Notes under the pieces: model-generated
What the model saw: only the letters and a program-made list of their open reading frames with translations
The model's database searches: none
Told to the model about the DNA's origin: nothing
In this document: positions 44,814-55,995 of the stretch, piece after piece
Position numbering within the stretch: position 1 is the stretch's first letter
Layout of the letters: every line of letters begins with the position of its first letter
Translations under genes and position numbers: made by a program
NCBI GenBank assembly: GCA_000004985.1
Contig: GG738851.1
Length of the DNA: 64,000 bases
Strand: one strand, 5' to 3'
DNA from: Naegleria gruberi
Taxonomy: Eukaryota

Positions 44814-45866
44814 ATGTCTACATTGAGTACAAAGTATGTGCCTCACCGACTCAGACCTGAAAATATTATTAAAACTGAGGCAAGAGAGGCAACACTTCCA
44901 TCAAATCAAGAACATTTAAAGGTTGCTCTCTATGCTAGTTCAGTCTGTGTTGGAGAACCAGAAAGAACACCAGCAAATTTTGATACAACAAAGGGAGATG
45001 ATTTTGATAAAACTGGAAAGGAATTGATGAGGACTGCATTAGAAAGAAAGGAAGTTGTAGATCTGGAAAAACTTAATAGTGAAGCTTATTTGCATGATTT
45101 GAGAGGTGTTCATTTTGATGTTGGTCACGAACCTCATAAACCACACTTGAAAACACTTGCTCAAGCCTCATTTACAAAACCATCGGATGCTGTGCTCAAT
45201 GAAAATAAGAAGAATATCATTACAAGTGAGCAAGGATATATTATTGGAAAATCATCAATTGTGAAACATATTCCAGAGGATTGGAAGAATTGTCTCAAAA
45301 CTAATGTTCAAGATGATTTTGTCACTCCATCCGAACAAATGGAAAAGAATTTGGAACTAGGAAAGCAATCCGTTCCTAGAAGTAGACCAATAAGAGAGCA
45401 ATCCTCTGTTCTTTCCACAAAGACAATTCCTTCAGAACAATCTATTCATGATATCAGACAAGAAAATGAAGCTGATGCTGATAGAATTATTGAAGATATG
45501 AGAACTTGTCACTATTGCAATAATAAGGACAAGGAGCTTGCCAAAGATACCGAGTTTAATTCAAATTATGGAGAGAAGAATATGAATGATCTCCGATATA
45601 CATTTACAGTAAAGAAGAATGAGAGTAAGGTAGTGATGGGATATGATCCTCAGGAAGAAATTGAAAACAAGTACAATACTACATACAAGAATACCATTCA
45701 TCAAACAACCAATTCCATTAGTCACTCTGTAGAAAGATCCAAGATGGAAAAGAAGAAACGTGATGACATTCGTGACTTTATGAGAAAGAGTTCAATAGAA
45801 TTTGGAAATGAGAAACCTCCAATCTCTTCCACCACTCAACTCGATTATAGACCTGTAAAGTTTTAA
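44814..45866 (+). CDS. Hypothetical protein, 350 aa
   Basis: Clean ORF: MSTLSTKYVPHRLRPENI...LDYRPVKF. Confidence 0.45.
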   Translation: MSTLSTKYVPHRLRPENIIKTEAREATLPSNQEHLKVALYASSVCVGEPERTPANFDTTKGDDFDKTGKELMRTALERKEVVDLEKLNSEAYLHDLRGVHFDVGHEPHKPHLKTLAQASFTKPSDAVLNENKKNIITSEQGYIIGKSSIVKHIPEDWKNCLKTNVQDDFVTPSEQMEKNLELGKQSVPRSRPIREQSSVLSTKTIPSEQSIHDIRQENEADADRIIEDMRTCHYCNNKDKELAKDTEFNSNYGEKNMNDLRYTFTVKKNESKVVMGYDPQEEIENKYNTTYKNTIHQTTNSISHSVERSKMEKKKRDDIRDFMRKSSIEFGNEKPPISSTTQLDYRPVKF

Positions 45867-45980
45867 CAACATTATAACACACTCATTGTAAAATAATAAA
45901 TATGCAAACCACATCCAAAACCAATCATCAAGATTACCGAACCCAATTATGGCCACCCACTTTCATCAATCAAACTCAAA

Positions 45981-47447
45981 ATGAAAAGAAAAACAACACA
46001 CCACTATGTTGACAGAGATTACCGCCCATCAGCAGCTGCAAAGAAGATTAAACTCAGAGACGAAGAGCGGCCCAAGAGAACCAGTGCCATTATAGCCAAT
46101 AACATTATTTCCAAACAGGCCTTCATTCCACGATTAAAGGGAGATGATTTACCAGAGATTGATCTATCGTATGTTGAAATGGTTTCAAAGATTGGATTTG
46201 CACCACCATCACCACCCTCACCACCACCAGTTGAATATGAAAATGAAGAGGAGGAGGAGGAACAAGAAGTAGAAGAATTGAATGATTGTAAACCACCATC
46301 AATTGTGGAAACGAAATTAATGAATAATAACAATCAAAAAACACAAAATATTATCGCCTTCATCAAGAATGCAAAAATTAAACAAGAACAATTGCAAACA
46401 GTGAAGAAATTGGAAGAAATTCAAGAAATTAACGAGAAACAAGAGGAAGAATTGATGAAAATTAATGAAGAAATGAAAGAATTGAATGAAAAGGATTTAT
46501 TCATCATTCAACTCTTTCAAAATATTGAAAGGGAATACGAGGAAAAGATTAAAATATTAACAGAGAAATGTTTCTTATTGGAATGTAAATGTAATCAATT
46601 GATGATGGTAAATGAAAGAGAGGAAAAAGTTGATGAGGAGTGTGAAAAAATTGTAGAACTGGATCCAATTTATGAATTTGGAGGATTGTCTCCTCCATCA
46701 CCTCCTATTTTGGAAACTCCAATTATTATTGAACTGACACCACCTTCTCCTCCATCACCTCAACAAATTAGAAATAGTCTACAGGAGAGGGAAGAGGAAG
46801 GAATTTCTAATGAATCAGATCAGATGACTCCACTCTCTCAGGAAACACAATATCAGGAAGAAAATGAAGACGATTCAACATCTGATACTACTACTCAAAC
46901 ACCTCAAAAGAGAAGAGCTGGAATGATATTGGAAGATCCAATGGAAATGCACATTAATTCATCACCATCTCTGAGTGATACTTCGAGTGAGGTTGATTTT
47001 GCTTGGTTATTTGAACAACAATTGATGCCACCACCGTCATCTCCATTCAGTAGCTCACCGACATTGAGTACTTCGAGTGCTAATGATCTGGCATCTGATT
47101 CCATTAGTAATGGAAGCACAAGCAGCGGTCCAAGAAGAAGCTCAAGAAGAGGAGAAAAGAGACAGAAAATTGAATCAGTTTTGAATCGTTTGAGAACAGA
47201 AATGAAAGTCTCTGTATTACTGCCTAATTTAATATTGAATGAATATGTTAATAGTGAAATTGCAAAGAGTGAATCTCTTGAACAGAGTACACCTCAAAGG
47301 AATAGTGCAAAGAGATCTTCTCTATTATCATCAGAGCATGTTTACACAGATAGAAAGCTGAAACTGAAAGACAAGTCATATGTGAGGACTAATTATTCAT
47401 ATAGAGGCCTTGAACTACCTGAAAATTTAATATTCTTTTGTAAATAG
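45981..47447 (+). CDS. Hypothetical Pro/Glu/Ser-rich coiled-coil protein
   Basis: PPSPPSPPP tracts, E-rich coiled coil, and an S-rich C-terminus. Confidence 0.45.
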   Translation: MKRKTTHHYVDRDYRPSAAAKKIKLRDEERPKRTSAIIANNIISKQAFIPRLKGDDLPEIDLSYVEMVSKIGFAPPSPPSPPPVEYENEEEEEEQEVEELNDCKPPSIVETKLMNNNNQKTQNIIAFIKNAKIKQEQLQTVKKLEEIQEINEKQEEELMKINEEMKELNEKDLFIIQLFQNIEREYEEKIKILTEKCFLLECKCNQLMMVNEREEKVDEECEKIVELDPIYEFGGLSPPSPPILETPIIIELTPPSPPSPQQIRNSLQEREEEGISNESDQMTPLSQETQYQEENEDDSTSDTTTQTPQKRRAGMILEDPMEMHINSSPSLSDTSSEVDFAWLFEQQLMPPPSSPFSSSPTLSTSSANDLASDSISNGSTSSGPRRSSRRGEKRQKIESVLNRLRTEMKVSVLLPNLILNEYVNSEIAKSESLEQSTPQRNSAKRSSLLSSEHVYTDRKLKLKDKSYVRTNYSYRGLELPENLIFFCK

Positions 47448-47616
47448 TAAGTTATTGAACTAGAGGAATAATATGCTGATGAATATTTAAAGTTTACAAT
47501 TTGATGGAGAATATTCACATGAAAAATTTGGACTCACAAACATTCGTTTCAATGTTATTGACCTCATCAATGACGAGAGGAAGAAATATCGTTTCCTAAA
47601 GTCTAACCACGATGGT

Positions 47617-47898
47617 ATGATCATTGGCGATTGTACAGAGGGTTTGATTGTCGTGAAAATTGAGGAGTGTGAAACAAACATGGAAAGTAGAGTAATCTCC
47701 AAGCTTAATAATGTACTTCTCTCAAAACAAGCATCAAAAAGGAAACGTTTGATTAGAGAATTCTGTTTTGGTTCTCATTCATTGGCAATGGTATTTGACT
47801 TTGATTTTCCAATTTATATTCTGAGAGATGAGAAGAGGAATAATGTATCTGGTCCTTATTCTCTCCTGGAAATGGTCAGCGAATGTAAAATAGAATAA
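47617..47898 (+). CDS. Small ORF, 93 aa. Uncertain.
   Basis: It overlaps an antisense ORF at 47487-47702. Coding potential is weak. Confidence 0.25.
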   Translation: MIIGDCTEGLIVVKIEECETNMESRVISKLNNVLLSKQASKRKRLIREFCFGSHSLAMVFDFDFPIYILRDEKRNNVSGPYSLLEMVSECKIE

Positions 47899-48085
47899 TT
47901 TATGGATTGAAATATGTCAAACAGAATAATTTATGAATATTAAACACTAATATTCATATTTAGCATATTCCTTGGTTTACAATTAATTTTGGAGATTACA
48001 CGATTTTAGTGAATGAGTGTTGTGAGTTTAAACATTCTTTACTTTAAGATCATTATTACAAGCTTTTTTTAGGATGATATTTACA

Positions 48086-50259
48086 TTATTTCTTGAGGAA
48101 TCTTCTCTTGGTACGTTTCTTTGTTGGCACGACATCAGATTCTTCAGTTTCAATAGTGACTTCTTCCTCTTCAACTTTGGTCTTCTTATTTGGAGATTCA
48201 ACTTTGGACCTCTCGTCTTCCTTAAGGTCGTGTTTTCTCTTCAAATCACTAGATTCTGCAACATTGAGCTGCAAGGCGTCTTCCTTAGATTGTTTAGAGT
48301 GCTTAGATGAAAACATGGCAGAAAACTTGGATAATATCGATGATGATTCCTTCTTTTCCTCCTGTTGTGCTTGAATGAGTTGGGCTGTCTTTTCTTTGAG
48401 TACTCGGATATATTCTCTTTGTTTTTCTGTTTTGGATTCACTTTCTTGTAATTTGGCACGAAGAGTTTCAATTTCTTTTTTAGCAAGTTCGTAAATATTT
48501 CTCTTTTCTTGTTCGTATCTATCAATGGTTCCTCTCTTATCTGACTCGTATTGCTGAGTTCTAGAATAGAAAGTCTTTTCAATAGTATCTCTTTCTTTAC
48601 GAGCAGATTGTAATTGTTCGTTTGCTGCTTCTAGTTCAAGTTTCAATTTTTCAGAAATTAGTGAACCGTTTTCAGTTTCAGATTTGAGTGCTTCATACTT
48701 TTCCTTATATTCATCTCTTTCAATTTGGAGTTTACCAATAATTAAATTTTGATCTTCAAGTTTAGATTGGAATGTAGCAAGCTTATTCTTATAGTATTCC
48801 TTGTGTGTGATGGCTTGTTCATATTTTTGGAAATAGAGTTGAGTTTCCTTTCTGGCAACATCAATTTTGTTTTGGAGTTGCAGTTTAATTGTCATGGATT
48901 CTTCCCTTGCAGCATTGTCACGCATTTGAAGTGAAAATTCGGCTTCTCTTAAAACTTGTTCTCTAATTTTGAATTCATCTTCTTGTCTTGCAATTTTCTC
49001 AGCTTTCAGTGCATTAATACAATTTTGAACAATATTGAATTCTTCTGGGTTTTCAGATGGTGCTACAGGTTTGCTTACTGTTCTACCATCTTCCAGATCT
49101 ATTGTTTTAACACCCATCAAGTTAGCAGAAACAATCATTGTCTGGTAGGATTCAAAGACTCTGGCGAGAAGTCTTGAGACAGTAAAGATGGCAAATACTT
49201 TACATCCACCCTGTGCAAGATCTCTCAGTACTAACTTATTAAGATCACTACGTCCGATTTGACTATTTCTGACCTGAGTTGTTTTACCACTAATCTCTGC
49301 AATTGTATGAGTTAATTGAAACAAACTAGTGTTAATGAATATAGTTTCAGCAGTTTGCTCCTTTGCAGCAGCAACGTTGGGATTGGTAACATCCTTAATC
49401 TTTTCTGAACCAGCAAGATCTGCCACTGTAATTCTATTTAATAACTCGAGAGACATAGCACCATTATTTACAACCTTTCTTCCAAGATTAATATAAAAGA
49501 TGGCATGAGAACGAGAAGAGTCAGAGTTGAGTTTTGTGCTTCTAATTTTACGCTTACTCGTTCCATATGAAATTAAATTGAATGCATCCTTGACATTAGT
49601 TATTTCTACATCTAGCATTCCTTCGACAGCTGTTGCAGTGATGGTAACTTTTCCTTTGTGATTGTTAGATTTGGTGCTCGTTGTTGACCTAACACTACAA
49701 GTAGAATATGTGGAAAGCATAGAATCTCTAGGACCTTTTTTACAATGGTCATAATCTTCCAACAAGTCTACAACTATACTAGAATTATGATGTCCAGAAC
49801 TTGCATTCTCAATAAAATTGACATAAATACACAAGTCTGGATCTTCCTTTCTTCTAATTTCCAATTCAGCTAAAATATCATTCAACAATCTCAAAATAAC
49901 ACCATGTTCTTCACTTCCCTTATTTTCATCAAAATTACCAATCATTGTATAGGTTTTACCTTTGAAAAGTTTCGTTTTTAAAGTTAATACTTTACACACT
50001 TACCTGTACCAGTGGCACCAAAAGCAAAGACCAATGATTTAACACAGTTGAAAATGTTGGTAACACATGCTGCAGCTGTGGCTTGATAAATTTGTTCCTG
50101 AGTGGTAGTCTCATCAAAAACCTCATTGAATGGAAATAGTCTATTAACTGTACCCTTCTCTAATCGGAGTGATTGTTTATCAATCATTTCCAGAGGGCTC
50201 GGTTGATCGGATGGAAGATTTTCAGGCCTCAAACGAGCAAACATTTGAACACTATCCAT
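48086..50259 (-). CDS. Kinesin-like motor protein with a long C-terminal coiled coil. CDS complement(join(48086..49959,50004..50259)).
   Basis: The P-loop GATGTG|KTYTM forms across a 44-nt GTAAGT intron. Other motifs are SSRSHAIF and VADLAGSEK. The neck and switch region is divergent. About 330 aa of heptads follow. Confidence 0.8.
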
Positions 50260-50589
50260 TTTCTGGATAAGTTTTGGTTTTACTACGCTCCTATTATAAT
50301 AATATTATCAATGGTAAATTAATTGTGATGACAATGACGATGAAGATAATTACAATCGAAGGAAGAAGAAAATAGAGTGAATACTAACGGATCGTAATGT
50401 GTACTACTTACTTGGGTGTGTAGGCTTGCACTGGCTGAGTCTTGCGAGGTGTTGCCAACAGCAAGGAATAATCGAGCATTGATTCGTTCATTTTTTTTTA
50501 AATTGATTTTTGAAACTGAAAAATTTGGCGCCAACTGACTTTTGAAAAAAACATAAATACTTGTTTGATCAATAAAATAAACATTTAGT

Positions 50590-52172
50590 TTAGTTATTGG
50601 TAGTGGTGTCGACATTTCTTTTGAGCTCTTCCAATTTAGCCCTCTTTCTATCGGTAATGTCTTTTGAAGGTGCCCATTTTGTTGTTTCCACAAGATAATT
50701 CCACTTTTCTTCAATCTCGTTCTGTGTAATATTCTTCTTCCACAACATTTCTTGTATATCCAAATCTTGCCATGGAGGAAACACACTAATACAATCGCAT
50801 CCATACTTTACAGTGTTGGTATTAAGATTTAGTGTTGGCTCTGTAGGAATTTCAGTGGTTGGCTCCAATGGTTTGTCAGCGGCAATATCATTCGAAATAC
50901 CAATTGTCTCCTCATTAATTCGAGACTCAAGTTTACAAAGTGGGAACATATTGCCTGACTTTGCCAATTTGTCTAAAAACTTTAAACCAGTAACACTTTC
51001 CAATTCTTGAAGTGAAATGGAATATTTGGTCAATAGATCTGTTTTTTCAAGTTCTGTATTTGGTACAAGGAATGCTTGAGCATAATATTCAGGTTGATTA
51101 TCTACATGTTTTTCAGCAATAATAATTCTGAACAAGTGTGTTGGAACTGCCACTTGATGCTTGCCAACAACAAGATGTTTCATGATACCTTTTGGAGTCT
51201 GTAACCTTCCATTCACCTCCTTTCTCTCGAACATTTCAGGAATCATTGCTGGACCTGCAATAACGTGAACCGAATCAAAATCATAGGCCAATGATCTTGT
51301 AAATCTTTCCATTCTCAACCAATATCCAGCATTATTCTTGAAATCCTGTGGAACAATGTTATGAATGAGAAGGTGAGTATTATTCATTGAGGTTTGATCG
51401 AAAAAATTGAAATCTCCACAATTTACCAAATGTCCTCTTGAATATCCACTTCCCAAATAATCCTGATTATCTATTTTCACAAAATATTAGTATATTAAAT
51501 AAATCAAGTGCACATACTTGGATTAAAATCTGTGAAATTATCATAGAATGAACCTTTAGTAAATCTTGAGAATTTTCTGTCAGCTGTTACCTTCATGCCA
51601 TCATGTAAATGTGGAATCGACCAGGCAACATACAGTGGTATCCTCATTCTACTATCAGAAACTGAAATAAAATGTGAAAATAAGTGAAGAGCTCCAGCAT
51701 GAGTCGGAATTCCAAATCCATCAAAAGTTTTAAATAATTTGATAGTATCCTCTCTATTCTCCTCTGTATCATCACTCAACAAGTGAATATTATATTTTGG
51801 CCAATGAATAGAATCATCACTCTTACTCTCCAAATATTGATAAATTTCCTCAAGTGTTGTGACCTTTTTCTTTTCATTTGTTTCGATTGTACTTGTTGTA
51901 TTATTTTCTTCCTTTTGATCTGTTGATGAAATTTCCTGTTTTTCCAAAGATTCTACTCTCTGATCAACACCAGCATTAACTTGTGGAGATGAAATTTCTT
52001 GTTGCAAAGGTGAAGAAGGAGGCTTTAAATTTGTTGCTGTTGTTATAATTGGATCCGATCTTGTTGATATTGTTGGTGAAGGCCTTTTAACCTCCTGATG
52101 ACGATAACCAAAGTAATAACCAGCCCCGAGAGAACATGTACTCGTGAATAGCAAGGCACCAAATCTTTTCAT
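50590..52172 (-). CDS. Endonuclease G-like DNA/RNA non-specific nuclease (His-Me finger), probably mitochondrial. CDS complement(join(50590..51470,51518..52172)).
   Basis: MKRFGALLFTS presequence. A 47-nt GTATGT intron precedes the catalytic GSGYSRGHLVNCGDFNF (the DRGH-type motif). Confidence 0.75.
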
Positions 52173-52772
52173 TTTTTTTGATTTTAATATTTGATTTATA
52201 TTACTTTACAATAAATTCTTTTGAAGATGTATTTCGTAATATTAGAACTTTAATAACTTTGTAAAGGATTCGAATATTTAATTAAAAAAATGTCTGAACT
52301 GAGTGTAACTTTCCACCTCGTGGATTTCTCCAACTTTCGAATTCACTTCAAAGGTTATTGAGAGCAAAGACAAGATCCTAATGTTCAATTCTTTGAATTC
52401 TGTTGAAAGTGGAACGACCAAAGAAATTTATATTAGTTGCTTGTTGATGATGATCATGATGAAATTTTTTTACTTTCCAATTTTAATCAAGAAGAGAATG
52501 AAATTTACAAAGTTACCAAGTTGTCTCTAGGAAAGCTGTTAAAAACTGGTTCGAAAGAAATGGAAGAGTTTGATTTGGGAGAAAGAATTGAAGGTTTTTG
52601 ATTCATCTGGATTGCTCTTTACAATAATGGATGTTGAAAAAGATATCTAATGATTTTGGACAAATTCAATGACATGATAATATTTGTGGATTGGAACAAT
52701 GTTGACACGCCTTTATTTAGAACACAAACCATTATTTTACACAATTCTTAAAGTATTTCACATTGAACGTAA

Positions 52773-52845
52773 GCTGGCGTAGCTCAGTCGGTAGAGCGTT
52801 GGTCTAATAAGCCATTGGTCGCCGGTTCGATCCCGTCCGTCAGCA
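52773..52845 (+). tRNA. tRNA-Ile (anticodon AAU)
   Basis: Cloverleaf: acceptor GCTGGCG/CGTCAGC with one G-U pair, D-arm GCTC AGTCGGTA GAGC, anticodon loop CT-AAT-AA, T-loop TTCGATC. It closely resembles eukaryotic tRNA-Ile-AAT. There are two non-Watson-Crick positions, 27-43 and 50-64. Confidence 0.8.
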
Positions 52846-52924
52846 GAAATTTTATGTTATCTTCAAATGATTTTTAAGATGATATTGTGTATTATATTAC
52901 TGGCTTACACTTCAATTTGAGTAT

Positions 52925-52947
52925 TTTAATAATTCGGTTCGATCCCG
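52925..52947 (+). promoter_or_regulatory. Dictyostelid-type 'external B box': a copy of the tRNA T-arm and acceptor 3' half, about 80 bp downstream
   Basis: CGGTTCGATCCCGTCCGTCAGCA repeats tRNA positions 51-73 exactly. The 5' half of the tRNA is absent. Confidence 0.6.
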
Positions 52948-53112
52948 TCCGTCAGCAAATGTTTTAGGTTATCTAATAAGTTTTAATTGATGTAAGGAAA
53001 AAAACAACATCAAAACAAATGATGTGTCCATCATTAACAAGTAAATTATTTAAGCTGTTAGTGAATGATGTTTTTAATATCTTTCAATAACAAACAAATA
53101 GAATTAATCAAC

Positions 53113-53547
53113 ATGAGCACTCTATACTCTAAGAGAAGAACCTACAGCTGTATGAAAAATCTGAATGAGGAATCCCTCTCTGATTTGGATCATCTAGTTC
53201 TCCTTAATAATTATCTTCAACATTCCGATAAAGAACAAGTGAATGGTTCTAAAAAGAGAAAGTTGACTAGCAATAACAGATATATTCCAAACAAAGTAAT
53301 CATTAAAGAGGAAGAAAAAGAAACTGAAGATTCTACTTATTCACTTACATCTATTCAATTGAATCCTGATTTTTGTGAAGAGATAGAGCTGAGAATGAAA
53401 GCATTGAGTTCCAGAATGGATGAAACTCTCAAGAAACAAGAGGTATATTTGGAAAAGTATGCCAGCAAACAAGTTATCCAAAAGAAAGAAGCAGCAGATG
53501 ATTGGAAAGAAGCTCTTTGTAAAATATATTTCCCTTCCACTGAATAA
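53113..53547 (+). CDS. Hypothetical protein, 144 aa
   Basis: The ATG at 53113 starts MSTLYSKRRTYS. K/E-rich. Confidence 0.4.
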   Translation: MSTLYSKRRTYSCMKNLNEESLSDLDHLVLLNNYLQHSDKEQVNGSKKRKLTSNNRYIPNKVIIKEEEKETEDSTYSLTSIQLNPDFCEEIELRMKALSSRMDETLKKQEVYLEKYASKQVIQKKEAADDWKEALCKIYFPSTE

Positions 53548-53907
53548 ATTACACAATTTATTGGATGCCTATAATAATTTCGTTGGAATCTCTTCTTTCA
53601 TATCTGAATGTGTCTCATTCAAACATCTGCCCATTTGTATTGAATGGTATGTAATACGTGCAAGAGTTTTCATACTAGTCGTTACAAGAACTGTACTTGG
53701 AACATTTCTAATTACCTCAAAAAAAAAGAAACGTTTGTGGTGAACCTTGTAAACCTCTTAAAAATGAATGGACACACCTGAGAGAAAATTAAAACAATTC
53801 AAAAAAACAATAAGTGAAAATGTCAAGTAAAGGACTTCCATCAGATTTGAACGAATACTTTTGAAAAGGACAATGTTATTCAAGAAAAAGCCAAACAATT
53901 AGCTACA

Positions 53908-54642
53908 ATGATGAAACAATCTAAACATATTGTAATGTATACAGGTGCAGGAATTTCAACAAGTGCAAAGATACCTGATTATCGTGGACCTAAAGGTGTT
54001 TGGACATTGAGAGAATTGAATAGAGAAAAGGAAATTCAATATTTTGATATTGAGCAAGCATTGCCAGCATTTGGACATTATGCAATTACACATTTGGTAA
54101 AGAAAGGATATGTAAAGTTTGTTGTTTCAACAAATTTGGATGGTTTACATCGTAGATCTGGAATGGGAGCTGATAAACTTGCAGAATTGCATGGTAACTC
54201 ATATAAGGAATCATGCTTCAAGTGTGGAAAGGAATATTTGAGAGGTTTTGACACATACAAGACTGTTAAAGATTATAGAACTCATATTACTGGTAGAAAG
54301 TGTTCATGTGGAGGAGATTTGAAAGATACAATTATTCATTTCGGTGAAAATCTTCCAGAGAAGGATTTGCTTCAATCTGTAGCTCATTCTAAAGCAGCTG
54401 ATCTTGCAATTGTTTTGGGAACTTCAATGAAAGTTTCTCCTGCATGTAATTTGCCATTGAAATGTCTTGAGAAGGGAGGAAAGATGTGTATTGTGAATTT
54501 ACAAAAGACAGATTATGACTCCAAGTCAGAATTGAGAGTTTTTTCCAAAACAGACGAATTTTTAAAACTTGTTCTTGAATATTTAGGTGAATTAGATAAT
54601 GTGGATACTTCATATGATGCTCTCTCCTCAAATTGGAATTAA
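53908..54642 (+). CDS. Sir2-family NAD-dependent deacylase, class IV (SIRT6/7-like)
   Basis: Motifs GAGISTSAKIPDYRGPKGVWT, VVSTNLDGLHRRSG, ELHGNSYKESCFKCGKEY and CSCGG (the zinc tetrad). Confidence 0.85.
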   Translation: MMKQSKHIVMYTGAGISTSAKIPDYRGPKGVWTLRELNREKEIQYFDIEQALPAFGHYAITHLVKKGYVKFVVSTNLDGLHRRSGMGADKLAELHGNSYKESCFKCGKEYLRGFDTYKTVKDYRTHITGRKCSCGGDLKDTIIHFGENLPEKDLLQSVAHSKAADLAIVLGTSMKVSPACNLPLKCLEKGGKMCIVNLQKTDYDSKSELRVFSKTDEFLKLVLEYLGELDNVDTSYDALSSNWN

Positions 54643-54857
54643 CTCATTGTGTAAATAAATTGTAAATATGAAAATTGTGAAATTTTTGAGTTTCTTCAAT
54701 TTTTCTCCAGACAATTATAAAAGATAATGAGATCATAATCCTTTACAAAATAAAGTAGACAACGATACTATGTTGTGGATGGTTCACTCATTTTTTCTCT
54801 CAATGAAAGTAGAAAACAGATTACAATATCTAGTTGCTAATTTTAAAACACAAAAAA

Positions 54858-55693
54858 ATGAGTGAACCATCCACAACACAGATTCTCGACAATTCTTCAT
54901 CGGAAAACCCTGTTTTTGTATTCATGTTTGATTTTGATCATACGCTTGTGGATGAAAACACTGACACTTTTGTATTTCAAGATTTGAAACCAGAAATGAT
55001 GACTGATTTGAAAAATTGGAGACATTCGGGATTGTCTTGGACAAATGTGATGAGGTAAATTTAAATTTAATTGTTTTTACTTGAAATTAAATTAGAAAAG
55101 TGTTTGAAAAGCTATTGTCAACATGTACAGTACAACAAGTCACTGAATGGATGGAAAAGTGTCCAATTAGTGAAAAGACAGTTGAGTTTTTGAAGGAAAT
55201 TAACAAATGTGGGCATGAAATTAATATTATTTCTGATTCGAATATGTTTTTTATCTCAACAATTTTGGAGAAACATCAGATTAGAGAATGCATTTCAAAT
55301 ATTCATACAAATACTACATTAGTTGACCAACAAAAGAATACCATTGATATTACAGAATATTCTGTTGCATTCAACAAACCACATACTTGTGAAACATGCC
55401 CTGAAAATATGTGTAAGGGAGAAATTGTTAAGGAAATTATGAATTATCATCTCTCACCTCATCCACACCACACTCCAAATATCCAATTCATCTATTGTGG
55501 CGATGGAAAGAATGATTTTTGTGCATGTAAACAATTGAGGTCGATTGACCTTGCACTTCCAAGAAAGGATTTCACATTAGAAAAGGTTATTGAATCACGT
55601 CCAACAGAAGTATCCTGTCAAATCAAACTTTGGAATAGTTTTGAACATTTGAATGAAATTATTCTTGAACAATTGAAGGAAAAATCTCAATAA
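54858..55693 (+). CDS. PHOSPHO1/PHOSPHO2-like HAD-superfamily phosphatase. CDS join(54858..55054,55096..55693).
   Basis: Motif I is FMFDFDHTLVDENTD. The C-terminus has YCGDGKNDFCA. The intron is 41 nt (GTAAAT..AG). Confidence 0.75.
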
Positions 55694-55995
55694 TTCTAAC
55701 ATTATAAATTCAATTATTCATTCTCAAGTATCCCATTACTGTTATTACTCCACAGATTCTCAACGCTCCGCCATTCTCCAAAGTGAAACACACTTTACAA
55801 CAACTCATGACTTGACCCCTTGCCAATTAACAACATCAACCACCAGGTTAGTTGTTTCCACTAAACCAAATCATCCAAACGCACTCCTTTCTGCAATGTG
55901 GAGTGATTTTTGTGAATTTTCATCATTTCCACACTTTCTTATTGGCCTTTTAAATTGTTTTCATCATCACGACCAAACAAATAAAACTGAAAAAA

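Noticed and set aside
50319-50804. 161-aa ORF overlapping the 3' end of the EndoG-like gene
   Set aside because: It is out of frame and overlaps a well-supported CDS and its 3' flank. It has no ATG context or conserved motif.
52200-52770. tRNA-targeted retrotransposon (TRE5/TRE3/DGLT-A-like) or other mobile element near the tRNA and 5S genes
   Set aside because: The flanks are short AT-rich non-coding DNA without ORFs, LTRs, target-site duplications or A-rich tails. No transposase- or RT-like translation was found anywhere in the window.
52925-52947. Second partial copy of the tRNA 3' end, considered as a tRNA pseudogene or a retroelement-derived fragment
   Set aside because: Only the T-arm and acceptor 3' half, 23 nt, is present, at the characteristic distance downstream of an intact tRNA. 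This matches the dictyostelid external B box and not a decayed gene.
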